Shown piece after piece: positions 17,096 to 25,205 of a stretch of 36,055 bases of DNA. A model generated the notes under the pieces. It saw nothing but the letters and a program-made list of their open reading frames with translations, was not told where the DNA came from and made no database searches. Position 1 is the stretch's first letter; every line of letters starts with the position of its first letter. The position numbers and the translations under genes are program-made. Source of the stretch: a virus; the IMG/VR virus record IMGVR_UViG_3300045988_129084. One strand, 5' to 3'.

Positions 17096-18376
17096 ATGAA
17101 ACAAAGATATAAAGAACTATCCCATAACCTGTGTTTGCGCGCGGTTTTGGAGTGCTTCGAGAAGAAATGGCACCGCCAAGATTTTGTCGCGGTTGCCGAA
17201 AAGTACGGGGGTGTTTCCAATGTGGAGATAAGGCGCGACGAAGCGCAAAGTGCAGTTGTCAAAAAGCTGGAAGCTGCGGACGGAATAGCGCTGGAACTTG
17301 AGCAGCGAATTCTTGACCTTGAAGACGGAGACCCGGAAGCGCTGGACCTTGACCCGGTAACGGAACGGCCCCGCATTGACGGCATAAGCATGAAATGCCG
17401 AAATGTTGCAAATTGTTGTGTATTTCATCAATGCTTCGGCCATCTTGCTTTCCTGGGCCTGGAACCGCTTCTGCGAGCCAGAATTCTGCCCTACCAACAC
17501 GCAAGCATACCGCACCGAGGGCAAAGCGGGTGCAGGCGGCAGGTGCAGCGCTTCCTTCGCCGTAAGGCGCTGGGAATCAAGTACGCCCGCAAGCTGGACA
17601 TTCGCCACGCCTACGAGAACACCAAAGCGGGCGTAATCATGGGAATTTTGAAAAAAGAAATTCCCGCCGCAAAGTGGCTGCTGCTGTTGGTGGAAGCCCT
17701 GCTGAATATGTCGCCGCGCGGTTGCCTTATTATAGGCGGCTACTTGGACGCATGGCTGTTTAACCTGGTTATGTCCTACGTTTTGCGGTATATGCTGTCG
17801 CTTGAAAAGGTGCGCAGGGGCACGCGGCAACGCCTTGTTGTGGCACTGGTGGCCTATGCGGACGACGTTGCCATAATGGGCCGAAGGCTGGCAGACCTGC
17901 GCAGCGCGGCAAGGACGGCAGCAAAATGGACGCTGAAAACCTTCGGCCTGACATTCAAACCGGGCGGCGACGAAGTGGCCTTTTTGAGCATCGAAGAAGA
18001 ACACCGCCGCAGGCACCTGACGCGGCCAGCGGCGCGCGGCTGCCCTGGGCTTGATATTGTGGGCTTCGTTATCCGCCGAACCTATACAACCGTGCGCCGG
18101 GCCATTTTCCGGCTGGCGCGGCGGCAATACCTGCGGGCCGGGCGCGAAGTTGACAAAAGCGGCACGGTGCCGCTTTTTCGCGCGTACAAGCTGGCGAGTT
18201 ACTACGGATATTTTACGCAGACGAATTCCCGGAAATGCAGCACAACGCTGCGGACCGAGAAAATAAAACCGCTTGCCTGCCAAGTAATCGGGTGGGCAAC
18301 ACGACAGAAAGAGAGGATACACAATGAAAAATGCAAGCATTATGCTGGACCACCAGCCGCCTGCCGTTGTCTTTGA
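17096..18376 (+). CDS. DGR reverse transcriptase (divergent)
   Basis: 426 aa from ATG 17096 (track start 16961 trimmed; no obvious SD). RT motifs seen: ...KLDIRHAYEN (motif A), IIGGYLDAWLFNLVMSYV (motif B region), LVAYADDVAIMG (YADD, motif C), LKTFGLTFKP, LDIVGFVI. Confidence 0.88.
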   Translation: MKQRYKELSHNLCLRAVLECFEKKWHRQDFVAVAEKYGGVSNVEIRRDEAQSAVVKKLEAADGIALELEQRILDLEDGDPEALDLDPVTERPRIDGISMKCRNVANCCVFHQCFGHLAFLGLEPLLRARILPYQHASIPHRGQSGCRRQVQRFLRRKALGIKYARKLDIRHAYENTKAGVIMGILKKEIPAAKWLLLLVEALLNMSPRGCLIIGGYLDAWLFNLVMSYVLRYMLSLEKVRRGTRQRLVVALVAYADDVAIMGRRLADLRSAARTAAKWTLKTFGLTFKPGGDEVAFLSIEEEHRRRHLTRPAARGCPGLDIVGFVIRRTYTTVRRAIFRLARRQYLRAGREVDKSGTVPLFRAYKLASYYGYFTQTNSRKCSTTLRTEKIKPLACQVIGWATRQKERIHNEKCKHYAGPPAACRCL

Positions 18377-18677
18377 GCGCCTGCCGGACGGCGACGCCGT
18401 TGTCCGGCTGTACGACAACATCAAGGACGCGGCAGACGTTGCACAGCCCGGCGAGACTGACCCGGAACAGGAACCGGGCAGCGCGTACCTGGCCGACGAA
18501 GTTATGTTTATGCTTCCCGCCACCCGCGCCGCAGAGGAAACCCAGGAAAGCATTGCAGCGGATTTTTCCGGCTGGTGGAAGTACGGCGAAGCATGGGAAG
18601 GCCAGGAGAAAGCCCCGACTGTCGAGGAGCGCCTGGCCGCAATGGAAGATTTTATGGTCGCAATCATGGAGGGCTAA
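18324..18677 (+). CDS. Hypothetical acidic protein (XkdW-position protein)
   Basis: 117 aa, overlaps the RT 3' end by 53 nt. It precedes the XkdX-like gene, as in PBSX-type tail/lysis junctions. A start at ATG 18342 is also possible. Confidence 0.55.
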   Translation: MKNASIMLDHQPPAVVFERLPDGDAVVRLYDNIKDAADVAQPGETDPEQEPGSAYLADEVMFMLPATRAAEETQESIAADFSGWWKYGEAWEGQEKAPTVEERLAAMEDFMVAIMEG

Positions 18678-18682
18678 CACAC

Positions 18683-18844
18683 ATGAGCAAATACTATACC
18701 ACCGCGCGGCTGCTGTATCGGCTGCACAAAATCACCGCCGACCAGGTGTGGGCGTACACCGAAAGCGACCCGCCCAAAATCACCGAAGACGAAGCGCTGG
18801 CAATCTGCGGCCCGCGCGCCAAAGATGAAACCGCCGGAAGCTGA
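18683..18844 (+). CDS. XkdX-family small phage protein
   Basis: 53 aa from ATG 18683 (RBS GGAGGG; track start 18575 trimmed). MSKYYTTARLLYRLHKITADQVWAYTE...ITEDEALAICG resembles the XkdX family. Confidence 0.7.
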   Translation: MSKYYTTARLLYRLHKITADQVWAYTESDPPKITEDEALAICGPRAKDETAGS

Positions 18845-19004
18845 AAGCTGGCTGCATGAAACGGCGGCCCTGCTGATTGACGCAATGGACCTTGCAGTAA
18901 AGCAGCAGCGGCGGCTTGATCTTCACGCGGACAGCAAGACAAAAGACGAATACACGGCCCTGCTGGCGCGTTATGAGCGCTTCACGCAGGCCGCCGACAA
19001 ATAG
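18825..19004 (+). CDS. Hypothetical small protein (59 aa, below the ORF-track cutoff)
   Basis: Hand translation of ATG 18825...TAG 19002-19004 gives MKPPEAESWLHETAALLIDAMDLAVKQQRRLDLHADSKTKDEYTALLARYERFTQAADK. It fills the gap between the XkdX-like gene and the lysin gene. Confidence 0.5.
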   Translation: MKPPEAESWLHETAALLIDAMDLAVKQQRRLDLHADSKTKDEYTALLARYERFTQAADK

Positions 19005-19017
19005 GAAGGTGGAACAA

Positions 19018-19815
19018 ATGAAAATTTACGGCATCGACGTTTCGCACCACCAGGGCGCTATTGACTGGGCCAAGACCGCTTCGGAGCTGCGCCGCGTGAA
19101 CGGCGGAACGTCGCCCGGCTTTGCAATTCTTCGCGTGGGATATTCTGCGCGGCACGGCAAAGGCGGCTTGTACATGGACGGCCAATTCCTTAACAACCTG
19201 GCCGCTTGCGAGAAGTACGGCGTCCCCGTGGGCGTTTACTTCTACTGTTACGATACCAGCCCCGCCGCCGCAAGAATCACCGCCCAGCAGGTTGTAAAAA
19301 TGCTGTCGGGCCACAAATTCGCGTACCCCATTTACTACGACGTGGAGTACGAAAAATATAACTTGAACTGCGGCAAGGCGCAGAACACGGCCATTATTAA
19401 GGCTGCGCTGGAAACCCTGGAAGCGGGCGGCTATTATGCCGCCGTGTACTGTTCCCGCGACTTCTTCATCAACCAAACCAATCTGCCGGGCCTTGCCAAC
19501 TTCGACAAGTGGGAAGCTGCTTACACCAAAACCGACACTGCCACGGTGCAGAATGGCTTGTGGCAGTATTCCAGCAAGAACGCGCTGGGAATTGCAGGCT
19601 TCGGCAATAGCCTGGACTGCGACGTCTGCTACCGCGACTATCCCGCCATTATGGAGAAGAACGGACTGAACGGCTACACCAAAACCGAGCAGGCCGCCCA
19701 GCCGAAAGCAACCGAATACATGGTGACGGCTGGCCCCATGAGCGCGGGCGACAAAAACACCATTAAGGCGCAGGCCGAAGCCCTGGGCCTTCCCGTAACC
19801 GTAAAGGAGTGTTAA
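19018..19815 (+). CDS. Endolysin, glycoside hydrolase family 25 muramidase
   Basis: 265 aa from ATG 19018 (RBS AGGAAGGTGG; track start 18916 trimmed). N-terminus MKIYGIDVSHHQGAIDWAK is the GH25 signature. Confidence 0.88.
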   Translation: MKIYGIDVSHHQGAIDWAKTASELRRVNGGTSPGFAILRVGYSARHGKGGLYMDGQFLNNLAACEKYGVPVGVYFYCYDTSPAAARITAQQVVKMLSGHKFAYPIYYDVEYEKYNLNCGKAQNTAIIKAALETLEAGGYYAAVYCSRDFFINQTNLPGLANFDKWEAAYTKTDTATVQNGLWQYSSKNALGIAGFGNSLDCDVCYRDYPAIMEKNGLNGYTKTEQAAQPKATEYMVTAGPMSAGDKNTIKAQAEALGLPVTVKEC

Positions 19816-19818
19816 ACA

Positions 19819-20451
19819 ATGGATATGCTTTTCTCTAACTACTTGCACACGCTGACCGGCAACCTTTTTGTGCGCCTGGTGCTTTGGTGCGTTGTGCTGG
19901 ACACCGCCCTGGGCTGCCTGCGCGCCGTCAAATATCGGAAGTGGAATTCCAGCGTGGGCATTGACGGCGGCATTCGTAAGGTTGCCATGGTCCTGTCCGT
20001 GCTGTTTCTTGCCCTTGTGGACGATATGGTGGGCGTGGACGTGCTGGCCTGGGCAAACGCCGATGCAAGGGCGGTGCTTACGTCAATGGGCATTAAAAGC
20101 CTGGGCCTTGCAGAATTCTTCTGCGTTGTGTATGTACTCTATGAAGCTACCAGCATTATGAAGAATATGCTGCTTTGTGGCCTTCCCTTGCCCGCTGGCC
20201 TGCGCGAAAAGGTGGCCAAATTTCTGGACACAATGACCGACGAAACAGCAATCAATATGCAGGCGGAAATTTCGGGCACAAACAAAGGGCACACCGTAAC
20301 CGGGCACCTGGACACGGCACAGCTTGAAACCATGAGCCTGGAAGCCTTGCACAAACTGGCCGACGGCCTGGAAGTCGAATACACCGAAGACACGCCCCTC
20401 AAACAGTTGGCGGAAAAAATTGCCGCCGTTGAGGTAACAACCGAGATTTAA
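19819..20451 (+). CDS. Holin (phage_holin_4/TIGR01593-like) with a long soluble C-terminal extension
   Basis: 210 aa with RBS AAAGGAG. Several hydrophobic helices lie in the first ~140 aa (LVLWCVVLDTALGCLRAVKYRKWNSSVGIDGGIRKVAMVLSVLFLALV). It is adjacent to the lysin. Confidence 0.8.
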   Translation: MDMLFSNYLHTLTGNLFVRLVLWCVVLDTALGCLRAVKYRKWNSSVGIDGGIRKVAMVLSVLFLALVDDMVGVDVLAWANADARAVLTSMGIKSLGLAEFFCVVYVLYEATSIMKNMLLCGLPLPAGLREKVAKFLDTMTDETAINMQAEISGTNKGHTVTGHLDTAQLETMSLEALHKLADGLEVEYTEDTPLKQLAEKIAAVEVTTEI

Positions 20452-20454
20452 CAA

Positions 20455-20496
20455 AAAGCCCCCGCAAGTGCGCCGAAGCGTACCTGCGGGGGCTTT
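20455..20496. terminator. Bidirectional rho-independent terminator between the convergent holin and integrase genes
   Basis: 12-bp stem AAAGCCCCCGCA/TGCGGGGGCTTT with A-run and T-run flanks. Confidence 0.75.
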
Positions 20497-20528
20497 GCTT
20501 GTTCCCTGCTTTGCATTTGACTGCAAAC

Positions 20529-22106
20529 CTACCAGCGGGAACCCCTGGCGACGCAAATTCCAAACGTACCACAAAGGAAAAAGACCAAAGCAGCAGGGTT
20601 TGTATTTGCGGTATTTGGTGCCCCTAACGTGTCCAAATACGAACCCGGCGGGACTTCCGAAGGCGTGGCGGCCTGGGCGGCTTCATAAGGAACAACGGCG
20701 GCCCCGGCACTGTCCACATTAAAAATAATCTTCAGATAATCGTCATACACAAAGACGGAATGAACAAGCGCCCCGAACACCTGGCGGCGGAAGTCTGGAT
20801 CCGTCCTATCACCCCGGCGGAACCCGTCAAGCCAGCAGGCCACGGCTTCGGCCTTGACGACAAGCGCGGCCTGCACCTTCGCGCGGTCTATCTGCTGGCG
20901 CAGGGCCGTGCGGTCCGCTTCGGCTTCTTCCAGTAATTCCTTCGTGGTTTCTGTTATAATTCCCTGTGCAATGGCATTGCCTATATTTTTTAGTCGGCGC
21001 TGCACTTCTTCCATCTGGGCGTTTAAGCTGGCGAGAAGTGCGGCGCTGTCGCTGTTTTCGGCGCACCGTCTTTCCACTTCGGTGGAAATATAGGCTATAT
21101 TTTCATCGGTGAGAATATCAAGCGCAGACCGCAGCACGGCTTCCTCTATCAAATCAAGGCGCACGTTCTTCTTTTTGCAGGTTTTCGCCCGGCGATTATT
21201 GCAAATGTAGTAATAATGCCGCGCCCCCGTGTGGCTGGTGCCTGCCGTGCCCGTCATGGGCGCACCGCACAGGCCGCAGAACAGCTTCCCGCTTAACAGG
21301 TACGGCACTTCGGCCTTGTATGCGCCGGGCCGGTGCCTGTTCGCGGAAAGCCGCCGCTGCACGGTAAAAAATAATTCATCTTCAATAATACGCGGGCAGC
21401 CGCCTTCTATTCGCACTTCCCCGCCGTAGCTGTACACGCCTATATATTTTTCGTTGCGCAAAATGGAATTGAAGCTGCTGCGGGTGTAAAGCGTGCCGTT
21501 TGTTGTGCGGTGGCCTTCTTCGTTCAGCTGGGCGGCAAGCTGGCCCATGGCCTTGCCGCTGGCGTACCATTCAAAAATCCGGCGCACCAATTCAGCCCCC
21601 ACGGGGTCTATTTGCCAGCGCTTGTTCGGGCCTGCCCGATAGCCAAGCGGTGCGCGCCCGACGATCTGGCAATGCTGGGCGGCCTTATTCATGCCCCGGC
21701 TGACATCTTCGGACAGCTTTGCGCTGAAATATTCGGCAACGGTTTCAATCATGCCTTGCGTAATTATGCCGGCACTGCCTTCCGGTATGTATTCGGTAAC
21801 GCTGATTAAATGCACCCCGGCGGCTTCCAGCTGCTTGCGATACAGGGCGCTTTCGGCACGGTTGCGGAAGAAGCGGTCATACCGCCATACAAGAACGCAA
21901 TCAACCACGCCCGTGGCCGCGTCGCGCATGAGCCGCCGGAAGTCGGCGCGGTTTTCCGTCTTGCCGCTGCGCGCCCGGTCTGCGTACTGGCCGACTACGG
22001 TTATATTGTGCTTGTCGGCGTATTCCTGGCAAATATCCCGCTGCCCTTCTATGCTAAGCTCTTGCTGCTTATGGCTGGAAAATCGGCAGTAAATAAAAGC
22101 CCGCAT
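20529..22106 (-). CDS. int: Large serine recombinase (integrase)
   Basis: 525 aa. N-terminus MRAFIYCRFSSHKQQELSIEGQ (resolvase catalytic Ser domain), a recombinase domain, a Cys-containing zinc-ribbon region (CGLCGAPM...YYICNNRRAKTCKKK) and a coiled coil. Confidence 0.92.
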   Translation of the reverse strand: MRAFIYCRFSSHKQQELSIEGQRDICQEYADKHNITVVGQYADRARSGKTENRADFRRLMRDAATGVVDCVLVWRYDRFFRNRAESALYRKQLEAAGVHLISVTEYIPEGSAGIITQGMIETVAEYFSAKLSEDVSRGMNKAAQHCQIVGRAPLGYRAGPNKRWQIDPVGAELVRRIFEWYASGKAMGQLAAQLNEEGHRTTNGTLYTRSSFNSILRNEKYIGVYSYGGEVRIEGGCPRIIEDELFFTVQRRLSANRHRPGAYKAEVPYLLSGKLFCGLCGAPMTGTAGTSHTGARHYYYICNNRRAKTCKKKNVRLDLIEEAVLRSALDILTDENIAYISTEVERRCAENSDSAALLASLNAQMEEVQRRLKNIGNAIAQGIITETTKELLEEAEADRTALRQQIDRAKVQAALVVKAEAVACWLDGFRRGDRTDPDFRRQVFGALVHSVFVYDDYLKIIFNVDSAGAAVVPYEAAQAATPSEVPPGSYLDTLGAPNTANTNPAALVFFLCGTFGICVARGSRW

Positions 22107-22117
22107 ACAATCACCCT

Positions 22118-23092
22118 TTATTCGTCTAACATATCATAAAAAACATTTTCCGGGATAATAGACAAGTCTGCGCCGCCCAAAATATACTTTTCGGCTTTTT
22201 TATGTTTGGAACTCTTGCCGTCTTTGATTGAGGAACACAGGTCATTATTTCCCAAAACAAGGAAGTTGGTTTTCTTTGTAACGCTGTCGGCATTGATTCC
22301 GCCGAGGTCCGCAACCAACTGCATGGCTTCCTTGCGCGTCATTTTTTCCAGCGCACCGGTGAACACCACAACGCGGCCATACAGGGGGCTATCCGTCCGA
22401 AGCGCTTCGGGGTTTCCGACAATATCCGAAGCGCGCAAATTTCTTTTGCCGTGGGCGCGCTGCAGAACATCTTCCAAATTGTTATCGCGCGCGTACTGAA
22501 TCATATATTCATAACACAGCGCAGCGGTTTCCGCGTCCGCTTCGGCACGGTGGGCGCAATCCTGGGAAACACCGCACTTTTTGGCAACAGTAGCAAGTTT
22601 GTGATTCGGAAGATCGGGGAAGACACGCCGGGAAAGGCGGCAAGTGTCTATATAATCATTTCCGAACTTCGGAAGCCCGCAGGAACCGCAAGCGTCATAT
22701 ATAAAATTCACGTCAAAAGCGACATTGTGCCCGACAAGAACATCGGATCCGACAAAATCCAAAAAGGCCGGGAAAACCTTTTCCGCAGAAGGGGCAGTTT
22801 CCAGCATTGCGGGAGAAATACCGGTCAATGCGGTAATGTATTCATCGACCTGGGACATATCGGACGGGCAGATGAGAGAGGAAAAGCGGTCAACGATCTG
22901 GCCGCCGCGCACGCGAAGGGCAGAAACTTCAATTATTTCGTTGTACACAGGAGAAAGGCCGGTGGTTTCAACGTCAACGCTGACATAATCAGATAGAAGC
23001 GCAAGAATGCTTGCGCCGCGTCCCGGGCGCGCGGTTTTTCGCCCGTTGAGAATTTCAACCTTACCAGCAGAAAAAACAATTTCAATAGCCAT
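22118..23092 (-). CDS. DEDDh 3'-5' exonuclease (DnaQ/epsilon-like) fused to a C-terminal BRCT domain
   Basis: 324 aa from ATG 23092 (RBS GGAGG; track start 23164 trimmed). Exo motifs [17 protein letters not shown] and HRAEADAE. C-terminal [27 protein letters not shown]...FLVLG is BRCT-like. Confidence 0.8.
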   Translation of the reverse strand: MAIEIVFSAGKVEILNGRKTARPGRGASILALLSDYVSVDVETTGLSPVYNEIIEVSALRVRGGQIVDRFSSLICPSDMSQVDEYITALTGISPAMLETAPSAEKVFPAFLDFVGSDVLVGHNVAFDVNFIYDACGSCGLPKFGNDYIDTCRLSRRVFPDLPNHKLATVAKKCGVSQDCAHRAEADAETAALCYEYMIQYARDNNLEDVLQRAHGKRNLRASDIVGNPEALRTDSPLYGRVVVFTGALEKMTRKEAMQLVADLGGINADSVTKKTNFLVLGNNDLCSSIKDGKSSKHKKAEKYILGGADLSIIPENVFYDMLDE

Positions 23093-23135
23093 GATACTTG
23101 CCTCCACACACCCGCCGCCCGGCGGGCTTATTTTT

Positions 23136-23498
23136 TTATGCCGGGGAAATAGACGATTTTGCATTTTCTTGAAGCGTGGACTGATACTCGAAATCCAAAC
23201 TATTCAAAATACGAGCCTGGGCCATGATATCTAAAGCATGGAATTTTAGAAGAAGTTCAGAGTCTTCAATAGATAGTTGCGAGGGAGCAATATTTTCAAA
23301 TCGAGAAGGAACGCCTAAGAGATGGTCGGTAGAAACATGAAACAAATCAGCTATACGGCATAACGTGTCAAAATTTGGTTCTCGGCGACCGCTTTCCCAT
23401 AATCCAACAGCGGATTGGGAAACGCCAAGAATATCAGCAAGTTTGTACTGCGATAGACCATTTTTTTCACGAAGCTTCTTCAATTCAATCCTAAACAT
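23136..23498 (-). CDS. XRE-family HTH repressor (CI-like)
   Basis: 120 aa from ATG 23498 (RBS AAGGTGG; GTG 23510 is an alternative). [30 protein letters not shown]. It is divergent from a cro-like gene. Confidence 0.85.
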   Translation of the reverse strand: MFRIELKKLREKNGLSQYKLADILGVSQSAVGLWESGRREPNFDTLCRIADLFHVSTDHLLGVPSRFENIAPSQLSIEDSELLLKFHALDIMAQARILNSLDFEYQSTLQENAKSSISPA

Positions 23499-23530
23499 AG
23501 AAAGCCCCACCTTCGTGTCGTTTTATTTAT

Positions 23531-23559
23531 ATAATAATTGCAGAAAGTAATAAAATCAA
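23531..23559 (-). promoter_or_regulatory. Candidate sigma-70 promoter for the repressor/lysogeny operon
   Basis: On the minus strand, TTGATT-N17-TATTAT lies ~30 nt upstream of the repressor RBS. Confidence 0.45.
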
Positions 23560-23587
23560 TACATAGGCAAAAATATTACATAACGTA

Positions 23588-23616
23588 TTGACAATTTCAC
23601 TCAGCCGTTGTATTAT
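23588..23616 (+). promoter_or_regulatory. Candidate sigma-70 early (lytic) promoter for the cro-like operon
   Basis: TTGACA (23588-23593), a 17-nt spacer, then TATTAT (23611-23616), ~38 nt upstream of ATG 23654. Confidence 0.6.
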
Positions 23617-23653
23617 GATTGAAGTTAGTAATCAAAGGGGATGACAAGGAGAA

Positions 23654-23848
23654 ATGATCGCAGTTAAGGAATTAAGGGAAAAATCCGGAATGACGCAGGC
23701 ACAGCTTGCCGAGAAGATGGGAACATCACAGGGAGCTGTCGCGCTTTGGGAAACTGGCGCAAGAATGCCGCGCGCCGACAAGCTGCCGAAACTGGCCGAA
23801 GTTCTGGGGTGCAGCGTTACAGACCTTTTCAACACCGAAAGCGCGTGA
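23654..23848 (+). CDS. Cro-like XRE-family HTH regulator
   Basis: 64 aa. HTH MTQAQLAEKMGTSQGAVALWETGARMP. It is the first gene of the rightward early operon. Confidence 0.85.
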   Translation: MIAVKELREKSGMTQAQLAEKMGTSQGAVALWETGARMPRADKLPKLAEVLGCSVTDLFNTESA

Positions 23849-23858
23849 GGTTGAAAGT

Positions 23859-24020
23859 ATGCGAACGCTGAACAAAGAACAGGCCGACCCGCTTGTCGCG
23901 GCAATCTGTCGCGGCCAGCTGTGGGCCATGCCGGAAGAAACGGCGGCCTGGCTGAAAACCGAAACCGGGCAGCGCATTGCTGCGCTGATAGAACGCGAAC
24001 GCAAAAACGCGGTTGCATAA
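23859..24020 (+). CDS. Hypothetical small protein
   Basis: 53 aa from ATG 23859 (RBS GAGG 8 nt upstream; track start 23706 trimmed). Confidence 0.55.
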   Translation: MRTLNKEQADPLVAAICRGQLWAMPEETAAWLKTETGQRIAALIERERKNAVA

Positions 24021-24046
24021 AAGCAGAAAGGCGAAACTTTCACACA

Positions 24047-25015
24047 ATGACAGCGGACGAATATATCCAAGCTGCGCCGACACTTGTTTTGTACGACAGT
24101 CTTACCAAAACAAGAAGCGTGTTAGAACAATATCAAAATGTGCTTGTGTCCGTGTCCGGCGGTGCAGACAGCGACGACATGGTAGACGTTGTAGAACACC
24201 TAAAAACAAAAAGACAGCGCATTACATACGTTTGGTTTGATACCGGCATAGAAATGGCCGCAACAAAGCGACACCTTGCCGATCTGCAAGAAAAATACAA
24301 AATCGAAATCAAGCGCGAAAAGGGCGCAATGCCGGTTGCGGGTGCCGTAAAAAGTGTAGGTTACCCGTTCTACTCTAAAAATTTTTCGGAGTCCATTTAC
24401 AGACTTCAACGCCACGGCTTTGAATGGGAAGACGAGCCATTCGACGTTTTGCTAAAGAAATACCCGAATTGCCGGGCGGCGCTTCGCTGGTGGTGCAACA
24501 ATTACAAGGACGGCCCACACAGGCCGCTTCAAACAGAAATAGGATCCGCGCGAGGAATGAAGGAATTCATGGTAAAGAATCCGCCGAATTTCCTAATATC
24601 AAAACGGTGCTGCGATGAAGCCAAGAAAAAAGCCGCTTACATGGCCGGACGAAAGTATTCGGCAGACATACAGTTTACGGGCCTGCGGCGTTCAGAAGGC
24701 GGCCCGCGTTCGACAGCGATTAAAAGCTGTATGGCAGACGGTGCGCACGGGAAACGACATTATCCATTGTTTTGGTGGAGAGATAGTGACAAGAAAGCGT
24801 TTGAGGTTGCCTACGGCATTGTTCACAGTGACGCTTACACGGTTTACGGCTGCACGCGCACAGGCTGCGCAGGGTGCCCGTTCGCAGGGCATTTTGAAAA
24901 AGAACTTGAAATGCTTCACAAATACGAACCACACCTCGCAGTTGCCGTCGAGAACATCTTTAAGCCCGCATACGAGTACACGAGAAAATACCGCGAATTC
25001 AAAAATTCGCTGTAA
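24047..25015 (+). CDS. PP-loop ATP-pyrophosphatase / PAPS-reductase-family protein with a C-terminal Cys cluster
   Basis: 322 aa from ATG 24047 (track start 23921 trimmed). SGGxDS PP-loop motif (VLVSVSGGADSDDM). C-terminal CTRTGCAGCPFAG is Fe-S-like. Confidence 0.75.
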   Translation: MTADEYIQAAPTLVLYDSLTKTRSVLEQYQNVLVSVSGGADSDDMVDVVEHLKTKRQRITYVWFDTGIEMAATKRHLADLQEKYKIEIKREKGAMPVAGAVKSVGYPFYSKNFSESIYRLQRHGFEWEDEPFDVLLKKYPNCRAALRWWCNNYKDGPHRPLQTEIGSARGMKEFMVKNPPNFLISKRCCDEAKKKAAYMAGRKYSADIQFTGLRRSEGGPRSTAIKSCMADGAHGKRHYPLFWWRDSDKKAFEVAYGIVHSDAYTVYGCTRTGCAGCPFAGHFEKELEMLHKYEPHLAVAVENIFKPAYEYTRKYREFKNSL

Positions 25016-25034
25016 GCTGCAAAGGGAGTAAAAA

Positions 25035-25181
25035 ATGAAAAGGCCATATAAAACGCTGCTTATTATCCTGGCTGTGGTAGCCATTGACGCGCTGTTCTAT
25101 TTCTGCCTGCTGTGGGTGCTGCGGACTGTGGCCGCCGCCCTCTGCCTGCTGGCCGGGCTGGTGGCAGGCATACAGCTGTAA
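25035..25181 (+). CDS. Small two-helix membrane protein (48 aa, below the ORF-track cutoff)
   Basis: Hand translation with RBS AAAGGGAG 6 nt upstream of ATG 25035 gives MKRPYKTLLIILAVVAIDALFYFCLLWVLRTVAAALCLLAGLVAGIQL. Stop is TAA 25179-25181. Confidence 0.55.
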   Translation: MKRPYKTLLIILAVVAIDALFYFCLLWVLRTVAAALCLLAGLVAGIQL

Positions 25182-25205
25182 GCCGCAAGAAGGGAGAGAA
25201 AGAAA

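Larger units (their letters stand above)
14954..18376 (+). mobile_element. Diversity-generating retroelement cassette: target gene with VR, TR, spacer RNA, reverse transcriptase
   Basis: VR and TR are 142-bp repeats with adenine-specific mismatches. An RT with the YADD motif lies immediately downstream. The cassette sits at the tail-fibre position. Confidence 0.9.

Noticed and set aside
16801-17112. 103-aa + strand ORF (MNNAGIAGAACANGNNSPANSNWNGVPR...) that looks like a paralogue of the target C-terminus.
   Set aside because: It is simply the TR read in the VR frame, running on through the structured spacer. It has a TTG start with no RBS, and its tail is Arg/Cys/Pro-rich junk. It is better explained as the non-coding DGR template.
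18324-18677. 117-aa ORF next to the RT, considered as the missing DGR accessory protein (Avd).
   Set aside because: Avd proteins are basic four-helix bundles usually placed upstream of the TR. This protein is strongly acidic (D/E-rich), lies downstream of the RT, and occupies the XkdW-like slot before XkdX. An accessory role cannot be fully excluded without a structure search.
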